A DNA stretch of 47,227 nucleotides from Thermomicrobiales bacterium (GTDB taxonomy: Bacteria > Chloroflexota > Chloroflexia > Thermomicrobiales > CADCWN01), in NCBI GenBank assembly GCA_035708265.1, contig DASSSV010000461.1, positions 1-47,227 of the forward strand, given 5' to 3'. The notes beneath the pieces were generated by a model. It was not told the DNA's origin, searched no databases, and saw nothing but the letters and a program-made list of their open reading frames with translations. Below, piece after piece: positions 32,069-39,547 of this stretch. The position numbers and the translations under genes are program-made. Within the stretch, counting starts at the first letter, position 1. The number at the start of each line of letters is the position of its first letter.

Positions 32069-32192
32069 GGTGCAGACGGTGGGACTCGAACCCACGGCCC
32101 GCGGAGTCCCGATAACCCTCGGACGCCGGCCCTCGCGGGCGAGAAATCTGCCGAGGATAGCTCCGCCGCTCTCCCAACTGAGCTACGTCCGC
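32069..32192 (-). ncRNA. tRNA-shaped RNA unit 3 with an internal module replacing the anticodon loop region; candidate Rsr-associated Y-like RNA
   Basis: Minus strand: GCGGACG UA GCUC AGUUGGGA GAGC G GCGGAG CU [AUCCUCGGCAGAUUUCUCGCCCGCGAGGGCCGGCGUCCGAGGGUUAU] CGGGA CUCCGC GGGCC GUGGG UUCGAGU CCCAC CGUCUGC A CC. AUCCUCGG pairs with CCGAGGGU, so the helix stacks on the GCGGAG/CUCCGC stem. Confidence 0.55.
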
Positions 32193-32229
32193 GCGTCGCG
32201 GGCGAGGGGATCGGCCTGGGACCACTCCT

Positions 32230-32300
32230 CGCGGAGTGCAGGAGTCGAACCTGCAAGCCACCGATAACCCAGACCTTCCGGCCCGCCCGAGTAGCATACG
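32230..32300 (-). ncRNA. partial unit 4 (module 3' part, T arm, acceptor 3' strand only)
   Basis: Minus strand: ...CUACUCGGGCGGGCCGGAAGGUCUGGGUUAUCGGUGGCUU GCAGG UUCGACU CCUGC ACUCCGC G. No matching 5' acceptor strand (G[CU]GG[AG]GU) or D arm was found upstream. Confidence 0.4.
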
Positions 32301-32496
32301 CGGCGGCCCCTGCGGCGACACCGGTCATCGGTACAGGCGCGCCGGACAGGCCATCTCGGTCCCTCTGTCCACCCCATCCCGCGGACCACTCGCCGAGCAG
32401 ATCGAGCCAGGAGTGGCCGGCGATGCGCCCGGGGGCGTAGGATGGCGTCGCGCGGCGACAGGCCGACGCGCGGGTGTGACAAGCGAGGAGGGACCG

Positions 32497-32961
32497 ATGG
32501 TCGACGTGGGCCAGCAGGCGCCGGACGTGACGCTCTACGGCGAGGGCAACAAGGAAGTCAAGATCTCCGACTACCGCGGCGAAAACCTCGTCCTCTTCTT
32601 TTTCCCCAAGGCGTTCACCGGCACCTGCGAGCGGCAGGTGAGCGCGCACGCGCAGGATATCGAGCAGTTCCGGGCGCTGCACGCGCAGGTCGTCGGCGTG
32701 AGCACCGACCAGGTGCCGTCGCAGCAGGCGTTCGCCAAACAGTGCGACGCGGCCGGCAAGGTCACACTCCTCAGCGATTTCCGGCACAAGGCGATCCAGG
32801 CGTACGGCGTCGCGGTGGACGAGGGCCCGCTGCCGAACCAGCGCGCCGTCTTCATCCTCGACCGCGACGGCGTCGTGCGCTACAAGCACGTCGAGCCGCA
32901 GGCCAGTAACTTCCAGGGCACCGGGCCGGAGCTCGAGGCGCTGAGGGGGATGGGGGCGTAG
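32497..32961 (+). CDS. peroxiredoxin (AhpC/TSA family, Bcp/AhpE-like)
   Basis: In-frame ATG 32497 (GAGGAGGG upstream) of track ORF 32236..32961. MVDVGQQAPDVTLYG...NLVLFFFPKAFTGTCERQV (peroxidatic Cys context)...VVGVSTD...FLLSDF-like LLSDFRHK. Confidence 0.85.
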   Translation: MVDVGQQAPDVTLYGEGNKEVKISDYRGENLVLFFFPKAFTGTCERQVSAHAQDIEQFRALHAQVVGVSTDQVPSQQAFAKQCDAAGKVTLLSDFRHKAIQAYGVAVDEGPLPNQRAVFILDRDGVVRYKHVEPQASNFQGTGPELEALRGMGA

Positions 32962-33095
32962 GAGGAGAAGCGGGATCGAGTGAGGCTGGCGAGGGCCGGG
33001 CGGTTGAACCCGCGGCTGCATGGCAGGCCCGCACGCGGGCACCCCGCCACGAAGCCCGCCCGCGCGGGTCAGAAACGGCCCAGTCCGCGGTGTCC

Positions 33096-33138
33096 CCCTC
33101 ATCGTACGGCCGTACGGGGGCCGGCCCGTACGATGAGG
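33096..33138. repeat. 14-bp perfect inverted repeat built from CGTACG words
   Basis: ccctcatcgtacgg (33096..33109) pairs with ccgtacgatgaggg (33125..33138). A third ccgtacgg copy lies in the loop, and cgtacggccgtacg is itself palindromic. Located between the peroxiredoxin and Nudix genes. Confidence 0.7.
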
Positions 33139-33185
33139 GAGACACCGCTGTCTCGCGAAGCGGGCGACATCGCAGAAGGGCTATC

Positions 33186-33614
33186 GTGGGAGTGATACGC
33201 AACGCGGCCAAGGCGCTGATCTTCCGCGACGGCTGCCTGCTCGCCATGCGGATGCGGGACGAGGACGGGGACTTCTTCATCCTGCCAGGTGGCGGCCAGG
33301 AGCCTGGAGAGACGCTGGTGGATGCCGTGCGGCGAGAGTGCGCCGAAGACATCGGGGCCGACGTGGCCGTGCATGAACTGTGCCACATCCGTGAGCGTGT
33401 CGCGGAGGAGCCCCACCGGGTAGAGTTCACGTTCCGCTGCACGCTCCTGACGGAGCCGGGCGTCGGTACGCTCCCGGACGACGGTCAGGTCGGCCTGACC
33501 TGGCTGCCGCTAGCGCAACTGGCGCACGCCCGCTTCTACCCGCTCGGCCTGCGCCCGCTGCTCGGCGGCGCGATACCGAACGGCGATCCCATCTACCTGG
33601 GCGACCTGCCGTGA
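33186..33614 (+). CDS. Nudix hydrolase
   Basis: In-frame GTG 33186 of track ORF 33090..33614; the upstream part translates the hairpin. Nudix box GGGQEPGETLVDAVRRECAEDIG. Confidence 0.8.
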   Translation: MGVIRNAAKALIFRDGCLLAMRMRDEDGDFFILPGGGQEPGETLVDAVRRECAEDIGADVAVHELCHIRERVAEEPHRVEFTFRCTLLTEPGVGTLPDDGQVGLTWLPLAQLAHARFYPLGLRPLLGGAIPNGDPIYLGDLP

Positions 33615-33644
33615 GGGAACGCGAGCCGGCGGGTACGTCGCGCC

Positions 33645-36600
33645 CTACGCCACCCTGAGCGCGTCCGCGGGCGAGACGCGCCCGGCCTGCCAGGCGGCGA
33701 CGACGATGGCGAGCGTGGCGCCGAGCCAGGCGGTCGCGGCGGTCAGCGCGAGCTGGGCGGCCGGCACGGCGAAGCGCACCTCCGGGTGCTCCGCGCCGAG
33801 GAGGGCGACGAGGCTGCGCGCCAGCACCAGCCCGAGCGCGATGCCGAGCGCGATCCCGAGCACCGCCACCACCGCCGACTCGAACGCCAGTGTCCCGCGC
33901 ACCTGCCAGCGGGTGTAGCCGAGCGCGCGCAGCGTGCCGAGTTGCTGCCGCCGCTCGATCACCGCCTGCACGCCGATGATCCCCAGCGCGGCGACGCCCG
34001 CGACCAGCCCCAGCCCCATGAAGCCCTGCACCAGCCGCGTCAGCAGCACGCGGATCGACTGGCCGATCCGCAGCGTGTCGCCGAGGTCGGTCACGCCGAG
34101 GCTCTGGTCGGCGAAGGAGACCTGCAAGCCCTGGGCCGCGTCTGCGACCTTCACGCCGGGCGCGACCGCGAAGAAGTAGGTCGTCGGGTCCGGCAGGGGG
34201 ACGCCGAGGCCGGCGGCGGTCGCGCGCGAGGTGTAGATGGCCGGGTCGAGTTCGGCGCGGGCGTCGAGCACGCCGATGACCGTGAGTTTCACCGGCTTGC
34301 CGCCCGAGGAGGGGCGCATCCAGAGGGTCGCCGGCGGCATCGTGGCGTCCTCCGGCGAGCCGCCGACGGAGACGGTAGAGTCGAGGAGGGACGCGCTCAC
34401 GACGGCGGTGCCGGGCCGCTCGCGCAGCGCCCGCCAGACCGCGGCGTCGTCGCGGTAGCCGGGCGCGCGGCGCGCGAAGCCGACCTGCACGCCGCCGAGG
34501 AAGCCGTCGTCCACCGCGGCGACCGTCGCGTCGTGCCAGGACGACGCCGGCAGGCCGAGCTGCACGACCTGGAGGTCGAGCGTGGACACCCCGCCGATCG
34601 CGCCGAACGACGCGCGTGAGACGGCCGGCGCCTTCGCCAGCGCGGCGCCCATATCCGGGATCGCCGCGCCGCGGACGTCGGCGCGCAACTCGAAGCCGGC
34701 CACCGGCGCGGTGTTGGCGGCGTAGGCGTTCAGGAGGACGTTGATGAGCGTCAGCGCGGCGACCATGATGAAGATGACCATGCCGAACATCACGACTGTG
34801 AGGCCGGTGCGCCAGCGCTGTCGCGCCAGGTAGCCCGCCGCCGGCCGGACCAGCAGCCGCAGCCGCGCCAGCCCCGAGAGCGCCCGGTCGAGCCCCTTGA
34901 CCAGCGGGCCGAGCGCGCGCGTCGCGGTCCAGACCGCCGCGACGATCGCCACCAGCCCGCCGACCGCGACGACGATCGCGTCGTCGCGCAACTCCCCGCC
35001 CGGCGTCGGGAGCCCCGCCAGCGTGCGCAGCCAGATGGCGAGCAGGCCGAGCCCGGCGAGCGTGCCGAGCCCGCCGGCCAGCGCCTCGCCGCCGCGCGTG
35101 CGCCAGAGCGCGGGGAAGGCCAGGAGGGAGCAGACGGCGCCGAGCAGCGCCAGCGAGAGGACGCCGGGCGCCAGCAGCGGGGGGCGCGGCTCGTAGAAGA
35201 TCGGCGGCACGCTCCAGCGCCGCCAGGCCAGCCACGCGCCGAGGAGCAGCAGCGCGCCGACGCCGGCCAGCCCCCAATGCCCCTCCGCGACCGCCTCGCC
35301 GCGCGTGGCGGCGACGATCTGGGTGTGGCTGACGCGCCAGGCGGCCAGCAGCATCGTCCCGAAGGTCAGCAGCACGCCGGCGCAGAAGGCGAGGAGGAGG
35401 CTGCGCGGCTCGACGTGGCGGGCGACGTGCAGGCCGAAGGGCGCGAGCGACTGCGCCAGCGACCCCGCCGCCAGGTAGGTCGCCGCGACGCCGGCCGCCG
35501 CGCCGAGCGCCGCGCCGGCGAGGTCGTAGACCAGCCCCTCGAAGAGGAACAAGCCCATGATCTGCCGGCGGCGCATGCCGAGCGCGCGCATCGTCGCCAG
35601 CTCGGCGCCGCGGTCGGCCGCCAGCAGCGCGAAGACGAGGAAGATCAGCAGGACCGACGCGGCGATGGAGAAGATACCGAGGACGAGGAAGACGGTCGTG
35701 ACGACCGCGCCGTACTCCGCGGCCTGGTCGAGCCCCTGCTGCTTCAACTCCAGCACCGAGAGCGGCGCCAGCCGCCGCAGCGCGCCGAACGCGAGGTAGC
35801 GGCCGCGATAGTCCGGGATCTCCTGCGCGAAAGTGAAGAGCTGGCGGCGGGCGACCGGGTCGGAGACGAGGCTGATGAAGCGGTCGGTGACCTCGGGCTT
35901 GGCCGCCTCGGTGCGCAGCGCGACGACCTGCGCGCGCTCCTGGTCCTTCAGGTGGGCCTCGGCGGCGATCAGCGCGCGCTGCACCTCGGGTTGGGCCAGG
36001 AAGTCGTGGACCTGCCGCGCCGTCGCCCGGTCCACCAGCGCGAGGCGCAGATCCTGGGTGGCCGCGGCGCTCTGGGCGACGCTCTGGTCGCCGCCCCGGT
36101 TCGCCACGAGGAGTTCGTTGACCTCGCCGATGTGGCCCGTCACCCGCTGGTAGCGCGCCAGCGGAGCGAGGAGCAGCGGTTGGACCCCGCCGAAGCCGCC
36201 GTTGCGCACGATCGCCGCGATCCGCACGTCCCACGGCTGGCCGTGGACCAGGAGGCGCAGCGGCTGGCCGGCGCTCGCGCCGAACGATTCCGCCGCGGCG
36301 GCGTTGAGCACGACCTCATCCGGGCCGAGCGCCTGGAGCGCCACCGGCCGGCCGTCCTGGCCGACGAGCGGGCCGAAGGCGTCGGGGTACGGCGCCTCGA
36401 CGGCGAGGAGCACCAGCGACGCCTGCAACTGCTGGCTGTCGGGGTGGACGGCGGCGACCTGGTCGACGATCGCGGGCACGGTCGCGGCGATGGCGCCGCT
36501 CTTCGCCGCCTGTCGCTGGAGGTTCAGCGCCGCGCTCTCGTCGAAGTAGCCGGTGTCGCCGCTGGCGAGGCTGCCGAAGCTGCCGCCGGCCAGCGCCTTG

Positions 36601-36923
36601 AGCTGGTCGGTGCGACTCAGGCGCGGCGCCCGCAGCACGACGACCTCGTCCACCGTCCCGAGACTCTGGCCGACGAGCGACTGCAGCGTGTAGGTCATCG
36701 TGTCGCCGGTGCCGAACGCGCCGCCGACGACCGTGGTCGAGAGGGCCAGCCCGAAGACGATCAGCGCGGCGCGCGCCGGCCGCCTCGGCACGTTGCGCGT
36801 GCCGAGGCGCAGCAGCACCCGCGCGCGCCAGCCGAGCAGGGCGAACGCGCCGAGCAGCGCCGCCACCGCGGCGGCGAGCCCCGCCGTGACGAGCGTGACC
36901 GGCCAGGCGAAGAACTGGTCCAT
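33645..36923 (-). CDS. ABC transporter permease with two FtsX/MacB-type modules
   Basis: Track ORF (1092 aa). RNVPRRPARAALIVFGLALSTTVV at the N-terminus, large extracytoplasmic regions, and two 3-4 helix FtsX-like bundles (...ELATMRALGMRRRQIMGLFLFEGLVY... and ...LGTLRALGYTRWQVRGTLAFESAVV...). No clear Shine-Dalgarno upstream of ATG 36923. Confidence 0.85.
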   Translation of the reverse strand: MDQFFAWPVTLVTAGLAAAVAALLGAFALLGWRARVLLRLGTRNVPRRPARAALIVFGLALSTTVVGGAFGTGDTMTYTLQSLVGQSLGTVDEVVVLRAPRLSRTDQLKALAGGSFGSLASGDTGYFDESAALNLQRQAAKSGAIAATVPAIVDQVAAVHPDSQQLQASLVLLAVEAPYPDAFGPLVGQDGRPVALQALGPDEVVLNAAAAESFGASAGQPLRLLVHGQPWDVRIAAIVRNGGFGGVQPLLLAPLARYQRVTGHIGEVNELLVANRGGDQSVAQSAAATQDLRLALVDRATARQVHDFLAQPEVQRALIAAEAHLKDQERAQVVALRTEAAKPEVTDRFISLVSDPVARRQLFTFAQEIPDYRGRYLAFGALRRLAPLSVLELKQQGLDQAAEYGAVVTTVFLVLGIFSIAASVLLIFLVFALLAADRGAELATMRALGMRRRQIMGLFLFEGLVYDLAGAALGAAAGVAATYLAAGSLAQSLAPFGLHVARHVEPRSLLLAFCAGVLLTFGTMLLAAWRVSHTQIVAATRGEAVAEGHWGLAGVGALLLLGAWLAWRRWSVPPIFYEPRPPLLAPGVLSLALLGAVCSLLAFPALWRTRGGEALAGGLGTLAGLGLLAIWLRTLAGLPTPGGELRDDAIVVAVGGLVAIVAAVWTATRALGPLVKGLDRALSGLARLRLLVRPAAGYLARQRWRTGLTVVMFGMVIFIMVAALTLINVLLNAYAANTAPVAGFELRADVRGAAIPDMGAALAKAPAVSRASFGAIGGVSTLDLQVVQLGLPASSWHDATVAAVDDGFLGGVQVGFARRAPGYRDDAAVWRALRERPGTAVVSASLLDSTVSVGGSPEDATMPPATLWMRPSSGGKPVKLTVIGVLDARAELDPAIYTSRATAAGLGVPLPDPTTYFFAVAPGVKVADAAQGLQVSFADQSLGVTDLGDTLRIGQSIRVLLTRLVQGFMGLGLVAGVAALGIIGVQAVIERRQQLGTLRALGYTRWQVRGTLAFESAVVAVLGIALGIALGLVLARSLVALLGAEHPEVRFAVPAAQLALTAATAWLGATLAIVVAAWQAGRVSPADALRVA

Positions 36924-36928
36924 CGTTA

Positions 36929-37069
36929 GTCGGCGGACGGCAGACGGCAGAGACGGTCTCCGGCAGGTAACGCTGTCAACGACAGCACAGCCAGTACTGC
37001 CGTCTGCTGTCCGCCGTCCGCCGTCCGCCGTCTCGTCACTTCCGACTCCCGACTCCCGACTCCCGACTC
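36929..37069. repeat. heptamer-word hairpin (GGCAGAC/GGCGGAC words) plus a (GACTCCC)4 direct tract
   Basis: gtcggcggacggcagacggcag (36929..36950) faces ctgccgtctgctgtccgccgtccgccgtccgccgtc (36997..37032). An inner hairpin gctgtc aac gacagc is present. gactccc x4 (37044..37069) lies inside the last codons of the ATPase gene. Confidence 0.8.
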
Positions 37070-37800
37070 ACCTCCTCCGCCACGACCTGCCCGTCGCGCA
37101 TGCGGATCAGGCGGCCGGCGCTGGAGGCGACGTCGGCCGCGTGGGTGACGATCACGAAGGTCTGGCCCTCGTCGGCGTTGAGGCGGCGGATCAGGGCCAG
37201 GATCTCGGCCGCCGACTCGCTGTCGAGGTTGCCGGTCGGCTCGTCGGCCCAGACGATCGCCGGGCGGTTGACCAGCGCCCGCGCGATGGCGACGCGCTGC
37301 TGCTGCCCCCCGGAGAGCGCCGCCGGCCGGTGCTCGATGCGGTCGGCCAGCCCGACGGCGTCGAGCATCGCCAGCGCGCGGGCGCGCGCCTCGCCACCGC
37401 GCACGCCGGCGATCAGCAGCGGCAGTTCGACGTTCTCGACCGCGCTGAGCGTCGGCAGCAGGTTGAACGACTGGAAGATGAAGCCGGTGGCGCGCGCCCG
37501 CAGCCGCGCCCTGGCGTCGTCGGAGAGGCGGCGCAGCGACACGCCGGCCAATGCAACCTCGCCGGCGAAGTCGCTCTCCAGCCCGGCCAGGCAGTTGAGC
37601 AGCGTCGTCTTGCCGCATCCGGACGGCCCGACGATCGCCACCAACTCGCCGCGCTCGATCCGCAGGTCCACGCCCCGCAGCGCCTGGACCGTCACCGCAC
37701 CGCTGCGGTAGACCTTGCCCAGCCCGCGCGTCTCGACGGCGGGCGCCTCCGGCCCCGCGTGGCCGTTGGGCGCGAAGCGGCCCCGGCGCCGGCTAAACAC
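37036..37800 (-). CDS. ABC transporter ATP-binding protein (MacB/LolD type)
   Basis: Track ORF. Walker [11 protein letters not shown]-loop [10 protein letters not shown], signature [15 protein letters not shown], Walker [13 protein letters not shown]. The start is GTG 37800, overlapping the upstream gene by 8 nt. Confidence 0.9.
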   Translation of the reverse strand: MFSRRRGRFAPNGHAGPEAPAVETRGLGKVYRSGAVTVQALRGVDLRIERGELVAIVGPSGCGKTTLLNCLAGLESDFAGEVALAGVSLRRLSDDARARLRARATGFIFQSFNLLPTLSAVENVELPLLIAGVRGGEARARALAMLDAVGLADRIEHRPAALSGGQQQRVAIARALVNRPAIVWADEPTGNLDSESAAEILALIRRLNADEGQTFVIVTHAADVASSAGRLIRMRDGQVVAEEVSRESGVGSRK

Positions 37801-38524
37801 GACGCCACGCCCCGCTCGACGCGCGCTCGTGCGCCTTCAGGGCCGCGAGGGCGAAGTCGGCGATGCGGCGGTAGCCGGCGCTCGACGGGTGGAAGCCGTC
37901 GGCGCTGACGTACTCGGGGTGCGCGGCGAGCTCGCGCCAGCCGGCGTAGAGGTCCACCAGGAGCGCGCCGTGACGCCGCGCGGCGTCCGCGATCACCGCG
38001 TTCCACTGATGCACGGTCGCGTCGAGTTGCGCGTGGTCCACGCCGGCGAAGGCCGGCAGGACGCGGAGGTCGGGGATGTTCAGCACGACGACCGTCGCGC
38101 CGGGGGCGCCGGCGAGCCGGCCGAGCAGCGTGTCGAGCTGGCCGGCGAAGGTGTCGAGGGCGACGCCGTCGCGCAGGTCGTTCACGCCCGGCCAGAGCGT
38201 CACCCAGCGCGGGCGGGCGTCGAGGGCGACGGGGAGTTGCGCGGCGAGCACGTCGCCGAGCGTCGCGCCGCTCACGCCGAGGTTGACGAGCTGCGTGCCG
38301 GGTGGCAGCCCCGCCTGGACCAGCGGCACCCAGCCGTCGCGCTCGGGTCGGTCCGCGCCAACGCCGACCGCGTCCGACGCGCCGAGCGCGACGTAGACGC
38401 CCGGCGTCGCGGCCGCGCCCTGGCGCTGCCCGGCCCACCAGAACCCGCCGCCGGCCAGCGCCAGCGCGGCGAGGAAGAGGAGCACGATGGATTGTCGCGG
38501 GGGCGCGTGCAACGGGCTACTCAC
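37793..38524 (-). CDS. SGNH/GDSL-family hydrolase, probably secreted or membrane-anchored
   Basis: Track ORF with an N-terminal hydrophobic segment. Block [11 protein letters not shown], block [10 protein letters not shown], block III WPGVNDL, block V ADGFHPS. Confidence 0.8.
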   Translation of the reverse strand: MSSPLHAPPRQSIVLLFLAALALAGGGFWWAGQRQGAAATPGVYVALGASDAVGVGADRPERDGWVPLVQAGLPPGTQLVNLGVSGATLGDVLAAQLPVALDARPRWVTLWPGVNDLRDGVALDTFAGQLDTLLGRLAGAPGATVVVLNIPDLRVLPAFAGVDHAQLDATVHQWNAVIADAARRHGALLVDLYAGWRELAAHPEYVSADGFHPSSAGYRRIADFALAALKAHERASSGAWRRV

Positions 38525-38577
38525 TTCGTCGTCGGCGTCGGCTGCATCGCCCCATAATGATACACGACGGCGGGGTT

Positions 38578-38751
38578 GGCCCTCACCCCCCGGCCCCCTC
38601 TCCCAATCCTGGGAGAGGGGGGAGAACTCGCCGAGACATCGTGCTGCTCTTCCAGATCTCGGGACCGGAAGAGCAGCACCCTGGCTGCGCCAGGCGCACC
38701 TCGCCCGGGATTGGGAGAGGCGGGTGCCCTCTGGGCGCGGGGGTGAGGGCC
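38578..38751. repeat. about 175-nt nested-palindrome element (GGCCCTCACCCCC ... GGGGGTGAGGGCC)
   Basis: Three concentric arm pairs: ggccctcaccccc (38578..38590)/gggggtgagggcc (38739..38751); cctctcccaatcc (38597..38609)/ggattgggagagg (38708..38720); gtgctgctcttcc (38641..38653)/ggaagagcagcac (38668..38680). Local hairpins cctctccc..gggagagg and cctggc tgc gccagg are also present. Confidence 0.75.
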
Positions 38752-38752
38752 G

Positions 38753-38968
38753 CTAATCCACCGGGCGCTGGACCACGCCGAGGGGCGTGCCGCACTCGGC
38801 GCAGCACAGCAGCGTGCGCTGGTGCCCGAGGACGACCTCGACCACCGCGCGCGCCTCGTGGACACAGGCGACGCGGTAGGCACTGACCGCGCCGTCGTCG
38901 AGGATCTCCTGCACTGGTCGGTCCGCGTGACGGTCGGGCTGACGGTCACGCACGTCGATGACCTGCAT
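38753..38968 (-). CDS. small hypothetical protein (71 aa), Cys-containing
   Basis: In-frame ATG 38968 with AAAGGAGGG upstream, inside track ORF 38753..39154. MQVIDVRDRQPDRHADRPVQEILDDGAVSAYRVACVHEARAVVEVVLGHQRTLLCCAECGTPLGVVQRPVD. No family recognised. Confidence 0.5.
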   Translation of the reverse strand: MQVIDVRDRQPDRHADRPVQEILDDGAVSAYRVACVHEARAVVEVVLGHQRTLLCCAECGTPLGVVQRPVD

Positions 38969-39099
38969 GGGTGCCCTCCTTTCGCGGCGGTAGCAGTACA
39001 GCCGGTGCGCATCGCCGCCGGCCGGCTCCCGGAGTGCGGCGTGCGGCGACGGAGCATTCCTATTTATGTAACGCACGGGGCCCTCCCCGGGCTTCACGG

Positions 39100-39176
39100 G
39101 TTGCGAGTTGAAAGTTGATCGTTGATAGAGGACGGGAGCCGCCATCCCCGTCAACTCTCAACCATCAACTACCGAC
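39100..39176. repeat. heptamer-word hairpin (GTTGATA / TCAACNN words)
   Basis: gttgcga gttgaaa gttgatc gttgata gagg on the left; tcaactc tcaacca tcaacta ccgac on the right. It shares the gttgcgagttga...gttgatag wording with 9439..9467 and overlaps the stop of the 113-aa ORF. Confidence 0.75.
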
Positions 39177-39499
39177 ACGTACAGGTTGAAGCCGAACTCC
39201 TGGGCGATGGCGCAGGCGCTGTCGAGCCGTTGCAGGGCCAGCGCGACAACCAGCCGCTCCGGCAAGTCGGCCGCGCCCACCGCTTCGAGCACGCCCCGCA
39301 ACTCGGCGCGGAGCACGGGCAGTTGCCCCGCGCCGATGGCCACGTCCCCCGCTTCGAGGATTGTGGCGAGGCCCGGCGCCGCGGCGCGCAGCCAGGGCGC
39401 GTCGAGTTCGGCCATCTCCTCGGGACGCAGGACGAGCGCCGGCCGGTTGAGCGCGGCGTCGCCCCGATCGAGCCCGAACGTGCAGCGCAGCACCGGCAT
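39158..39499 (-). CDS. hypothetical protein (113 aa)
   Basis: Track ORF. MPVLRCTFGLDRGDAALNRPALVLRPEEMAELDAPWLRAAAPGLATILEAGDVAIGAGQLPVLRAELRGVLEAVGAADLPERLVVALALQRLDSACAIAQEFGFNLYV... has plausible protein composition. Two other frames give Arg-rich ORFs over the same span. No family recognised. Confidence 0.45.
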   Translation of the reverse strand: MPVLRCTFGLDRGDAALNRPALVLRPEEMAELDAPWLRAAAPGLATILEAGDVAIGAGQLPVLRAELRGVLEAVGAADLPERLVVALALQRLDSACAIAQEFGFNLYVSVVDG

Positions 39500-39547
39500 C
39501 CGACGGCTCCTGCACTACGGCGCCACGTTCGCAGGGTTTGTGCCACA

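Noticed and set aside
31514-32192. Group I or archaeal bulge-helix-bulge introns as the explanation for the tRNA insertions
   Set aside because: At 50-56 nt the inserts are far too short for group I introns. I could not draw a convincing 3-4-3 bulge-helix-bulge at the junctions, and the organism otherwise looks bacterial. Two units share an identical acceptor stem and none encodes CCA, which fits paralogous tRNA-like RNAs better. An intervening-sequence model is not excluded and remains an alternative in the finding.
33427-36234. 935-aa and similar long Arg/Pro/Gly-rich ORFs (also 2484..4223, 10163..12430, 17747..19792, 24305..26230, 43868..45943 and others)
   Set aside because: Their composition is dominated by R/P/G/A with no motifs. 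Each overlaps a motif-rich gene in another frame or strand, which is the typical open-frame artefact of very GC-rich DNA.
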